Positions 1 through 15,799 of a stretch of 64,000 nucleotides of DNA are shown piece after piece. The stretch lies in contig OX597818.1 in assembly GCA_951406725.2 (NCBI GenBank), forward strand, positions 54,498,001 to 54,562,000, in the 5' to 3' direction. Within the stretch, counting starts at the first letter, position 1. Each line of letters opens with the position of its first letter. The position numbers and the translations under genes are program-made. This DNA is from Octopus vulgaris. Taxonomy: Eukaryota. The notes under the pieces are model-generated. The model was given only the letters and a program-made list of their open reading frames with translations. It searched no databases and had not been told where the DNA came from.

Positions 1-1292
1 AGGAATTTACCCAGGATTTATACGGCAAATAAGATAATGGAGGGGATATACAATCGAAAGACATCAACCAACACCCATCTTTTATTATTCATTCGTTTCT
101 ATATTTTATATATATGTGTGTTTGTATATATATATGTTTATGCAGTTATTTACTGTTTCCATTCGTTAATTTGTATCCCTCTTGCATATGTGTGTAATAA
201 TTTAATAAATAGACATAATTGAATGTTTGCTGATTGATGTCTGTTGATTGTATATCCTCTTCATTTTCTTTTTTGCCGTATATATATATATATAAAATGA
301 AATACACATTGTGTACAGGGCATCACCATCGAGTGAAAAATACGTAAACATACGAGAGAAAAATAGAAAATAGCAAAAGAAGATAACTCCACATCTGTTG
401 TCGGTCTGTTTATTAATCCTGTTTCATGCTTTTAACGATAACGTAGGAAACCTTCATAAAACATAAGCAGCATCCTGAAATTTGTGGAGAGTCAGAGCTT
501 CGAACGAACGAACGAACGAATACAGAGTGGACGTGCAGAGTAGACAAACGACGGAGACAGACATTAAGGGTCGTTAGGCCAACACGAATTGCAATGAGCA
601 ACGCTTGAGATGTATATGTGTATGTGTGTGTGTGTGCCCCCGTGTGTGTTTGTGTGTGTGTTTGTGTGCGTGCGTGCGTGCGTGTGTATGTTATGTATGT
701 ACATATCTATATAAAGAGTTAAGTATGAGTGTGTGTGTGTGTGTGTGTCTGTGTGTGTGTGTGTGAGTGAGAGTGTGTGTATGTGTGTGTGTTCAGTTTC
801 GTTATATGACTGGACAAAAACCTAGCAATAACTTCATATCGTTTTCTCAGAAAATATTTGTGTTATTTCTTTCTTGGAAATTGCATAGAAAACTTCCTTG
901 TCATCTCTCATTGGTTCATACGTAACCATGATTATTGAAGCATAACATATGACACAGATAATATCATATATATAGCATAGAAAATAAATAAGACGCAGAA
1001 GTAGTCTTGCGTTGAGTGACTATTGTAGAATCACGCCCATCGTCAGTGAAATTGACGCTCAGCGGACTGTCTTTTTATTATCAAGTTCTATGTGGACATT
1101 TGCTTAATTATCAACTGATCTCAGCATTTAAATATTGATTTAACCCAGGAGTACGTTCATCAAACTACATCTTTTATCCTACAAATTCTTATCTTATATT
1201 AATTAATATTTTTTGAATAATCGCTTGTGTTATCCGCCACATCAGGATCAATTTAACCGCTATTTCTGAGCTGAACAAAGGGAAAAACCGAG

Positions 1293-1380
1293 GTAATATA
1301 TCGTTATTTTCCGTTCCTCAAATTTTGCAACAATATTTCACGGCTTAAAGTTGTACTGCTACATTTCGGCTGCTTTATAG
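1293..1380 (+). other. Putative 88-nt 5'UTR intron of the caspase gene
   Basis: AG|GTAAT donor at 1293 and CTTTATAG acceptor at 1380, 15 nt before an ACCATGG Kozak start. Both sites are kept in unit 3. No transcript evidence. Confidence 0.35.
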
Positions 1381-1395
1381 ATATTCCGCTCAACC

Positions 1396-2256
1396 ATGGA
1401 CTACGTAGATGCACAACATGTTGAAGGTATATATTTTAAAGAGAAAGATCTCGATTCACAACCTAAAGATGTTGAAATGGTGTCTGTTAAAGAAAATAGC
1501 GAATCTATAAATGCCAGATATGACATGGATCGTAACAAAGAGAATCTGGCTTTAATAATCAACAATGAAAGTTTCGACGAATCGACAGGAATGCCTGAAC
1601 GACAAGGATCCGATGAAGACGCATCAAAAATTAAAAAATCTTTGAAGTCATTGCATTTTGAGGTGATCGACCACAATAATTTATCAGTGAAAGAGATGAC
1701 GCAAATCTTCACGGATATATCCAGGATGGACCTTGCGAAGTATAACTGCTTCGTTTGTGTTATATTGACCCACGGTGAAGACGATAACCAGATTTATGGC
1801 ACTGATGGAAAAGTAAATCTGGATACTTTAGTGGAGATGTTGCTTCCCAATAGATGCCCAGGTTTAATAGGTAAGCCAAAACTATTCTTCATACAAGCTT
1901 GTCGGGTAAAAAAAATGGACAGCGGTAAAGATGTGGTCGATGCAGCTAGAGAAACACATGAAAAAGTCACATCTCACAAACTACCAGTTTGGGCCGACTT
2001 TCTTCTGGCTTATTCCACTGTCTCTGGATTTTACTCCTGGAGAAATTCTACTACTGGAACCTGGTTTATTCAGTCGTTAGCCCACATTTTGGAAAGACAC
2101 GGAGACCGACTTGAGCTGCAGCACTTAATGCTTTCGGTAAATCGTAAGGTTGCCTATGAATATGAGTCTGACACTTGGGAACCAGAGATTAATGAAAAGA
2201 AACAAGTTCCTTCCATAGTCAGCATGTTAACAAAACAATTATACTTTTACAAGTAA
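1396..2256 (+). CDS. Caspase-3/7-like executioner caspase, copy 1 (286 aa, single-exon CDS, QACRV variant)
   Basis: ALIINN, RxGS, CVILTHG (catalytic His), GKPKLFFIQACR (catalytic Cys), ADFLLAYST, YSWRN, GTWFIQ, KQVP..SMLTKQLYF; short prodomain; ACCATGG start; AATAAA at 2413 and 2686. Confidence 0.93.
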   Translation: MDYVDAQHVEGIYFKEKDLDSQPKDVEMVSVKENSESINARYDMDRNKENLALIINNESFDESTGMPERQGSDEDASKIKKSLKSLHFEVIDHNNLSVKEMTQIFTDISRMDLAKYNCFVCVILTHGEDDNQIYGTDGKVNLDTLVEMLLPNRCPGLIGKPKLFFIQACRVKKMDSGKDVVDAARETHEKVTSHKLPVWADFLLAYSTVSGFYSWRNSTTGTWFIQSLAHILERHGDRLELQHLMLSVNRKVAYEYESDTWEPEINEKKQVPSIVSMLTKQLYFYK

Positions 2257-3048
2257 AATCTTCGGTTAACATACGTTCTCCCAATCTCCCCTCAGTTCAT
2301 GTATTTATATATGTATATATAAAACAACTTATAAACAAGGGAAAAAGAAAAAAATTCTAATGTCAAATATTCCGAAAATAGACAAAATATCAATAACCAT
2401 ATAATTTATCACAATAAATGTATGTATACATGCATTCATGCATACATACATACATACATACATACATACATACATACATACATACATACATACATACATA
2501 CATACATACATACATAAGCTTTTTTCCCCGTTTTCTGTTCTGTTGTCAGAACTTGGTATTTCGTTTAATAGTAATATTTTTTGCGTACATCAACATTTAT
2601 TTCCTGTAATATTTGAGAGTGAGCCTTGCAGCCGGTCCTTTGTAAACTTATCATTCTACCGTTGAGGATGATAACACGGCTTTGCAATAAAACATGAAAG
2701 TTACTAAACATCAAAATTTATTCAGTAACATATGACAGAGAACTGATAACATTGGTCATTTGATTTTACTTCTTAATATTAATGGCAGAAACTATTATTT
2801 CCTTGTTCAATTGTTGTCCAGTGGACTTATAATAAAATTGCATTGCAACCATGAACATCATTTTTCGCTATTTTTATTAAGACTTCATCGCTTTATACGG
2901 TCTTTGAATTCTTAACACGGTTGGCTGTTATTTCAGAGTTGTTTGAATGCTACATCGACATTTCTTCAGTTTCTCACCAGTCACCACTACTGCACTTACG
3001 TTTATAACCTGTTAACAATTTCACTTTTTTTTCCGATCGATTTACCTA

Positions 3049-3545
3049 CTCTTTTACTCTTTTACTTGTTTCAGTCATTTGACTGCGGCCATGCTGGAAC
3101 ACTGCCTTTAGTCGAGCAAATCAACCCCAGGACTTATTCTTTGTAAGCCCAGTACTTATTCTATCGGTCTCTTTTGCCGAACCGCTAAGTGACGGGGACG
3201 TAAACACACCAGCATCGGTTGTCAAGCATTCTTTTGTTAGTCCCGTACTCAGCTATCAGTCCATTGCATCCGATAGCAGAAACGACTGTAAGTTTCTGCA
3301 GTTCATAAGATGATTCTTTATTCTTTTGTCAGACACACAAACATATACACACACACTTATATATATATACATATATACGACAGGCTTCTTTGAGTTCCCG
3401 TCTACCAAATCCACTTACAAGGCATTGTTCGGCCCGGGGCTATAGCAGAAGACACTTGCCCAAGATGCCACGCAGTGGGACTGAACCCGGAACCATGTGG
3501 TTGGTTAGCAAGCTACTTACCACACAGCCACTCCTGCGCCTATAG
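3049..3545 (-). mobile_element. tRNA-derived SINE present only in unit 1
   Basis: Reverse complement matches the SINE at 49578-49998 (head GGCGCAGGAGTGGCTGTGTGGTAAG, tail GTAAAAGAG repeats). The site is empty in units 2 and 3 (TTTACCTAATTAACAAC). Confidence 0.85.
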
Positions 3546-3991
3546 AATTAACAACACCTTACACCGGCTGCAAGGTAAAGAATTTTTCAACTAAACGTCG
3601 CAGGCGCAGATTCAAGAGTCAAAGATAGCCAATAATACGATGACTAAGACTTTGTTAAAATTGTTAAAATTGCAAGGCTGAAGAACCATTCTCAAAAACT
3701 AGCGATAAATTTAACAACAGCTGCGCAAGATATCATTGCTGACTAATACAAGATTGGAAATAATGTTTCTATTTACAATGCTAAGATAATGTGTCAGGAT
3801 AAATTCATGCAGGGCTTGGAAATTAAGAGCCATTCCTCAGTTCTTGACTGGAATCTCTTCGACCAAATTGTAACCGTGGAATGTTTCCTCTGAAATCTTG
3901 ATCGATTCAAAAGTAAAAACAGAGAATACAGTGGATATACGATATTAAGAAAAACTCGAAATAAACGAGAATCTTTGATAGATATAAAGAC

Positions 3992-4240
3992 TGGAGCGGG
4001 AGTGCGTGGCCAAGCGGTTAGTTAGTTGTACCCACGAGATCAAAATCATGGTTTCGATTCTAGGACCGGGCAGTGTGTGGTGTTATTGAGAAAAACACTT
4101 CATTTCTTACTGTGTCAGTCCACTCGGTCGTAAATGAGTAACCCTGTGACGGACTTGAATCCTGTTGAGGACGAATGTTGCGATTTCGGTTACTGAAACG
4201 CTGTGGAATTGGGTAACCCGACACGTGAATCCGAGAAGTC
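3992..4240 (+). mobile_element. Old tRNA-derived SINE shared by all three units (also about 11392-11640 and 24751-25000)
   Basis: A-box-like GTGGCCAAGCGG and B-box-like GGTTTCGATTC, with body similarity to the SINE at 63779. Confidence 0.6.
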
Positions 4241-5307
4241 GAGACAGTACTTATTTGCACCTTCAAAAGGAAAAAGAGAAAACATTCAAAGAAAACACTC
4301 CAGTGCAGCGAGGTGGCCACCGTCTACCCGTCAAAACAAGCCAACAAAACGACTGCATTCACATACTTTTATCTGGCAACGCTCACTGTATTTATGTATT
4401 ATACATCTCTCTCTCTCTCTTTTTCTCTCTCTCTCTCTCTCTCTTTCTTTTTTTCTCTCTCACTCACTGTCTTTCTTCCTCGCTCTCTCCGATGAAGCTA
4501 TAAGGTGTCAGTCCGGTACTCAACTATGAGTCCATTGCATCCGATAGCAGAAACGACTGTAAGTTTCTGCAGTTCATAAGATGATTCTCTATTCTTTTGT
4601 CAGCTCATTTTCATCTTGCAATTCTGTACTCGACGAACTCTTCGTCATGATGCAGATGTATATTGAGCTCTACACCCGGTTATCCAAGAAATGAAAGAAG
4701 GTAAATCCACATCGGGTAACACCAAACCAAATTTCAGCTTTCCCCTTCTACCAGTGCAAAGATACAATTTCTATACAAGGACGTTTAAATAAAGGAAATT
4801 CAATCATCGAAAAATACAGAACACGTCTAAATATGAAAGCATAACAAACTTTAATCTCTATACCTATTTCAATTCACGGTCACATACACATCACTGTACA
4901 TATTTTTTCCCACCACTGAAGTTTTTGAAATTTTGTGCATATGTATATTTCCCCATCACCACCGAAAGATGAACAACTATCTCCCCTGTCCACAATATTA
5001 ATAATTACCTCCTCGTAGATTTTTCTACTTCTTGAATCATTCACAATTTCCACACACATGGAGAAAAAAAATTTGTCTTAAAAAAATAAGTATCTAAATA
5101 AGTTTTAATGTCATGATTAGCAAAACCTAAACCGGTTGACAAACACAATATAAGATATATTAAAAATTATATTAAACCTATGTAAAGTGTGGGGGATTTT
5201 GCTTCTTTAATTTCTTGTTTATATTACAACTCACCACGTAGGGATAACCGAAATTCCCCCTTTTCTTTTCTTATACATGTATATGTATATATGTATATGT
5301 ATGTATG

Positions 5308-5376
<69 letters not shown>

Positions 5377-5385
5377 TTATGTATA

Positions 5386-5431
<46 letters not shown>

Positions 5432-5571
5432 TGCAAATAAGATAATAGAGAAGCACAATAGTTGGTTCATCAACTTTAGGACATTAAAATGTTAATTATT
5501 TATTAAAATGATAACTATAGTAACATACATATAGCATATTATTCTATGCGTATAACGTAGGAATACAATCA

Positions 5572-5628
<57 letters not shown>

Positions 5629-5633
5629 CGTGT

Positions 5634-8990
<3,357 letters not shown>

Positions 8991-8992
8991 AA

Positions 8993-9743
8993 AAAGAGAA
9001 TCTGGCTTTAATAATAAAGAACGAAAAGTTTTGACGAATCGACTGAAATGTCTAAACGACAAGGATCCGACAGAGATGCAACAGCAATTAAAAAAACTTT
9101 GAAGTCATTGCATTTTAAGGTGTTCGACCGCAAGAATTTATCAGTGAAAGCGATGACGCATATCTTTACGGATATATCCAGGATGGACTATACGAAGTAT
9201 AACTGCTTCGTTTGTGTTATATTGACCCACGGTGAAGACGATAACCAGATTTATGGCACTGATGGAAAAGTAAGTCTGGATACTTTAGTGGAGATGTTGC
9301 TTCCTGATAGATGCCCAGGTTTAATAGGTAAGCCAAAACTATTCTTCGTACAAGCCTGTCGGGGAACAAAACTGGACAGCGGTGTAGATGTGCTCGATGC
9401 AGCTAGCGTCGATGCTAGAGACATATATAAAAAAGTCACACCTCACAAAGTACCAGTTTGGGCCGACATTCTTCTGGCTTATTCCACTGTCCCTGGATTT
9501 TACTCCTGGAGAAGTTCCACTAATGGATCGTGATTTATTCAGTCGGTAGCCCACATTTTGGAAAGAGACGGAGACAAACTTGAACTGCAACACTTAATGC
9601 TTTCGGTAAATCGTAGGGTTGCCTATGAATATGAGTCTAATGCTGGGGGTTCAGGGATGAATGGAATGAAACAAGTTCCTTCCATAGTCAGCATGTTAAC
9701 AAAAGAATTATACTTTTACAAGAAAAAGCCTCCTTTAACATAA
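8993..9743 (+). pseudogene. Caspase copy 2 pseudogene
   Basis: Lacks the first ~47 codons (fused to the PLE at about 8990). Has an extra A near 9025 and TGG>TGA at 9531-9533. Retains THG and QACRG. Stop-codon change gives a KKPPLT extension. Confidence 0.9.
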
Positions 9744-9767
9744 GTTCTCCCAATCTCCCCTCAATTC

Positions 9768-9819
<52 letters not shown>

Positions 9820-9846
9820 ATATATGTATATATATATATATATATA

Positions 9847-9907
<61 letters not shown>

Positions 9908-10493
9908 CTTATAAACAAAGGCAAGAGAAAAATATGTAATGCCAAACATGCCGAAAATAGACAAAATGTCAATAACCATATAATTTATCACTATAAATGT
10001 ATGTATACATGCATGCACACATACATACATACATACATACATACATACATACATACATACATACATACATACATTCATGCATACATACATACATACATAC
10101 ATACATACACACATACATACATACATACATACATACATACATACATACATACATACATACATACATACATACATACATACATACAAGCTTTTTTCCCCGT
10201 TTTCTGTTCTGTTGTCAGAACTTGGTATTTCGTTTAATAGTAATATTTTTTGCGTACATCAAAATTTATTTCCTGTAATATTTGAGAGTGAGCCTTGCAG
10301 CTGGTACTTTGTAAACTTAGTATTCTACTGTTGAGGATTATAACACGGCTTTGCAAAGTTTCCATTATAACACATGAAATTTACTAAACTCTGCTACTTT
10401 ACTAAATCTTTGACTTTCCGAACATTTTCGCTGAAATAATTAGAATGCTGTAAAAGTATAACATTCATAATTCGGTTTATTCTTAATATTAAT

Positions 10494-10525
<32 letters not shown>

Positions 10526-11851
10526 TATATATCACATTGATATTTCTACTTCTCCGTTTCCAGTTCTTTTCTGAGAACTTATTTTGATTGATTGTAATAT
10601 TGTTTTTATGTTCATCAAAATTTATTCAGTAACATATGACAGAGAACTGATAACATTGGGAATTTGATTTTAATTTTCAATATAAATGGCAGAAACTATT
10701 ATTTCCTTGTTCAATTGTTGTCCAGTGGACTTATAATAAAATTACATTGTAACCATGAACATCCTTTTTCGTTATTTTTATTAAGACTTCATCGCTTTAT
10801 ACGGTCTTTGAATTCTTAACACGGTTGGCTGTTATTTCAGAGTTGTTTGAATGCTACATCGACATTTCTTCAGTTTCTCACCAGTCACCACTACTGCACT
10901 TACGTTTATAACCTGTTAACAATTTCACTTTTTTTTCCGATCGATTTACCTAATTAACAACACTTTACGCCGGCTGCAAGGTAAAGAATTTTTCAACCAA
11001 ATGTCGCAGGCGCTACGATTCAAGAGTCAAAGATAGCCAATAATACGATGAATAAGACTTTGTTAAAATTGCAAGGCTGAAGAACCATGCTCAAGAACTA
11101 GCGATAAATTTAAGAACAGCTGCGCAAGATATCATTGCTGACTAATACAAGATTGGAAATAGTGTTTCTATTTACACTGCTTAGATAATGTGTCAGGATA
11201 AATTCATGCAGGGCTTGGAAATTAAGAGCCATTCATCAGTTTTTGACTGGAATCTCTTCGACTAAATTGTAACCGTGGAATGTTTCCTCTGAAATCTTGA
11301 TCGATTAAAAAGTAAAAACAGAGAATACAGTGGATATACGATCTTAAGAAAAACTCGAGATAAAAGAGAATCTTTGATAGATATAAAGACTGGAGCGGGA
11401 GTGCGTGGCCAAGCGGTTAGTTAGTTGTACCCACGAGTTCAAAATCATGGTTTCGATTCTAGGACCGGGCAGTGTGTGGTGTTATTGAGAAAAACACTTC
11501 ATTTCTTACTGTGTCAGTCCACTCGGTCGTAAATGAGTAACCCTGTGACGGACTTGAATCCTGTTGAGGAAGAATGTTGCGATTTCGGTTACAGAAACGC
11601 TGTGGAATCGGCTTAACCCGACACGTGAATCCGAAGATCTCGAGACAGTAATTATTTGCACCTGCAAAAGGAAAAAGAGAAAACATTCAAAGAAAACACT
11701 CCAGTGCAGCGAGGTGGCCACCGACTACCCGTCAAAACAAGCCAACAAAACGACTGCATTCACATACTTTTATCTGGCAACGCTCACTGTATTTATGTAT
11801 TATACATCTCTCTCTCTCTCTTTTTCTCTCTCTCTCTCTCCCCTCTCTCTT

Positions 11852-11882
<31 letters not shown>

Positions 11883-12724
11883 TTTTTTCTCTCTCACTCA
11901 CTGTCTTTCTTCCTCGCTCTCTCCGATGAAGCTATATGGTGTTAGTCCCGTACTCAACTATGACTCCATTGCATCCGATAGCAGAAACGACTGTAAGTTT
12001 CTGCAGTTCATAAGATAATTCTCTATTCTTTTGTCATCTCATTTTCTTCTTGCAATTCTGTACTCGACGAACTCTTCGTCATGATGCAGATGTATATTGA
12101 GCTCTGCACCCGGTTATCCAAGAAATGAAAGAAGGTAAATCTACATCGGGTAACACCAAACCAAATTTCAGCTTTCCCCTTCTACCAGTGAAAAGATACA
12201 ATTTCTATACAAGGACGTTTAAATAAAGAAAATTCAATCATCGAAAAATACAGAACACGTCTAAACATGAAAGCATAACAAACTTTAATCTCTATACCTA
12301 TTTCAATTCACGGTCACATACACATCACTGTACATATTTTTTCCCACCACTGAAGTTTTTGAAATTTTGTGCATATATATATTTCCCCATCACCACCGAA
12401 AGATGAACAACTATCTCCCCTGTCCACAATATTAATAATTACATCCTCGTAGATTTTTCTACTTCTTGAATCATTCACAAATTCCACACACATGGACAAA
12501 AAAAATAAGTATCTAAATAAGATTTAATGTCATGATTAGCGAAAACCTAAACCGGTTGACAAACACAATATAAGATATATTAAAAATTATATTAAACCTA
12601 TGTAAAGTGTGGGGGATTTTGCTTCTTTAATTTCTTGTTTATATTACAACTCACCACGTAGGGATAATCGAAATTCCCCCCTTTCTTTTTCTTATACATG
12701 TATATGTATATATATATATGTATG

Positions 12725-12772
<48 letters not shown>

Positions 12773-12794
12773 CATGTATATATATGTATATATA

Positions 12795-12859
<65 letters not shown>

Positions 12860-13039
12860 ATATAAAATTATATATATATATATATATATAATCAAGAGAA
12901 ATAACCTCTATTAAGTAATTGAATTAATAGTGAAAGATATTATCTATAATAAATCATATAGAAAAAGTTTAAATATATTATAATAAATATTATTCTAAAA
13001 ATCACTAAATTAAATAAACATTAAGTTGACTACGCACGT

Positions 13040-13085
<46 letters not shown>

Positions 13086-13223
13086 CAAATAAGATAATAG
13101 AGGAGCACAATAGTTGGTTCATCAACTTTAGGACATTAAAATGTTAATTATTTATTATAATGATAACTATAATAACATACATATAGCATATTATTCTATG
13201 CGTATAAAATAGGAATACAATCA

Positions 13224-13284
<61 letters not shown>

Positions 13285-13307
13285 CATATATATGTATATA
13301 TGTGTAG

Positions 13308-13344
<37 letters not shown>

Positions 13345-13382
13345 CATATATATACATATATATACATATATATATATATATA

Positions 13383-13845
13383 TAACGGGAAGCTTTATGA
13401 AAATAGACAAAAGACGAAGGCAGGTTTACGGAAATAAACAAAAGACGAAGGCAGGTGGAATACAAACAAACAATTGTATTAGTATGGCGCTCAGGAAATA
13501 TAAATAAAGCAAGTCTTTAACGTTTCGAGCCTACGCTCTTCAACAGAAAGATACACAGAGAAAAAACACAGAAAGAAGGAGAGAAAAAAATATGCGTGCA
13601 GAATCTAGCGAATCAACATGGCGATCTGATTTCGGCCAGAAGTCAAACATCAAACATGAGACGCAAGAGCGAAATTAGGGGAGATAATAGGGTTGAATGA
13701 CCCCACTCCAACATAAGAGTGTGTGTGTGTGTATGAGAAGAGTGTGTGTGTGTGTGTATGAGAGAGTATTAGTGCGTATGAGAGGTCTGGACGTGTGTAT
13801 GTATATATGATGTGGTGTAGTGTAGAGAGAGGAGAAGAGGGGGGG
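13383..13845 (-). mobile_element. 3' terminal fragment of the same Neptune-like PLE
   Basis: Near-identical to 5765-6235. Confidence 0.85.
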
Positions 13846-13896
13846 AATATATATATATATTTATATCCAACCTTCCTCCTTCTTGCTGACTTATTC

Positions 13897-13949
<53 letters not shown>

Positions 13950-13970
13950 TAGATATATACATATATATAT

Positions 13971-14010
<40 letters not shown>

Positions 14011-14089
14011 TTATATATATATATATATATATTTTTTAGTGAAGGGAAGAAATGGAGCTGAACGAAGATGCTACAGAATTCCTTTTATT

Positions 14090-14175
14090 ATTTTCTACAC
14101 ATGTTTCAAAGGCCGCAAATTTCCAAATTCAGATTGAATAAGGAGACCATTTTGCAGCATTCTCTTCAGGAAAAT
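14090..14175 (-). ncRNA. Type I hammerhead ribozyme motif (PLE-type, extended stem II)
   Basis: Minus strand reads ATTTTC-CTGAAGA-gaatGCTGCAAA...TTTGCGGCcttt-GAAAC-ATGT-GTA-GAAAAT: 6-bp stem I, intact core, GUA cleavage triplet. Confidence 0.75.
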
Positions 14176-14650
14176 CCAGGAATTTAAAAATCCAAAACAA
14201 ATGCGCAGCAAGGTATTCGAACAAACCGCTCCTTAGGAGCCCATGAAAAAGCACAAAACTGTCTCTCAATTTGCGTTGACGTCAGGGGGTGGGGGGGTGG
14301 AGGCCGACGAAAAAGTCCGTTGGAATAAATCAAGGTCAAACTGCGGTCAACCCTGGTAGTGGAAGAAATACTGAAAACCAAAGGGTGTGAATATATTCTG
14401 TATAACTAAAGTTAATGTTCGGATCGTTTTAAGAATTAAGGCTATCTTATAAAGGTGTGGGACCCTACCTACATGTATGTGTGTGCGCGCCTGTGTATGT
14501 GTGGGAGTCTGTCAGGCAGCGGGTAGAGGGAAAGAGAAGGGAGATAATATATAATCAATATATATATATATAATTGAATAAGTCAGCAAGAAGGAGTACG
14601 GTTGGATATTTATTTACAATCACTACAATTGTTTCTAATAATTGTTTATG

Positions 14651-14695
<45 letters not shown>

Positions 14696-15096
14696 TAAAT
14701 AATGGAGAAAATGTACAAAATGTTTAAGATCATGTGTAAAGCACCGTTACATTTTCGATTTCCTTTTGTCATCCATAGATTTGGGGTAACAGCATTAATA
14801 AAATAGGAGATGGAATGTGTAATAGATTTTATTTGTTACAACACGTGTTTCGACCCTTTCTGCGTCTCCTCGGGTGCATCAATAAAATGTCTCATTAGAG
14901 ATTTCTTGAGTCGGCTTACGTATCGCTGTATGTCCAAATTCGAGAATGAGTAAAACCAGAGAAAAATTATTGAAACGCAAAAAATTCGAATATGAACTTG
15001 GGAAGTATACATTCTGGTTTAGAGAAAATGATTTCATCAGCTATCAGTGTTGTAACTGTTAAGAGAAAGAAAAGGAAGTAGTGAGACTTTTGATAG

Positions 15097-15138
15097 ACGT
15101 ACCTGAAGAGGCCCTGAACGGGTCGAAACGTATTGTAC
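15097..15138 (+). ncRNA. Minimal hammerhead ribozyme motif
   Basis: gtac-CTGAAGA-GGCCC-tgaac-GGGTC-GAAAC-GTA-ttgtac: intact core, minimal palindromic stem III, weak stem I. Confidence 0.6.
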
Positions 15139-15374
15139 CCAATATAGTCTATTACACATTCCATATATTTTATTAATACTATATTTATATATAAAGTTAA
15201 TCCAAACAAGAAAGCACAAAAAAACACAAATAAGGACGTGGAACAAATATAGTATTTTGGGACGCTCAGGAATGAAGGAAAGAAGGAGGGTCTAACGTTT
15301 CGAGCGGAGCTCTTCGTATGAAACTTAGGAGAAGGAAAGATCCAATGAAGGGGAGACAGAGGGAAAAAATCGCC

Positions 15375-15409
<35 letters not shown>

Positions 15410-15460
15410 GCATATATATGAAATGGCGTAAATTAGAATCTTTATCAGCCTGATATTATT

Positions 15461-15537
<77 letters not shown>

Positions 15538-15556
15538 ATATATATATGTATGTATG

Positions 15557-15587
<31 letters not shown>

Positions 15588-15799
15588 TTATATAACTATG
15601 TACGTAGGTTTGTATATAGATATGAGCGTAAGTATGTATGTGTGTGGAGGTCGTGTACGTCTGTGTGTATGTGTGCGTAAGTGCATGTGTGTGTGTTTGT
15701 GTGTGTTTGTGTGTGTGTGTGTGTATGTGTGTGTGTGCGAGCGTGTGTGTGTGTGTATTCGTGTTCAAATGTACATCTGCGAGGCTAGACGCATTGAAC

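Larger units (their letters stand above)
8993..13845 (+). repeat. Caspase tandem-duplication unit 2
   Basis: Collinear with about 1537-6230 and about 22499-26060. Confidence 0.9.

Noticed and set aside
9531-9533. TGA readthrough or selenocysteine in caspase copy 2
   Set aside because: The codon replaces a conserved Trp, and the copy also has a 5' truncation and a frameshift; ordinary pseudogenisation is simpler.
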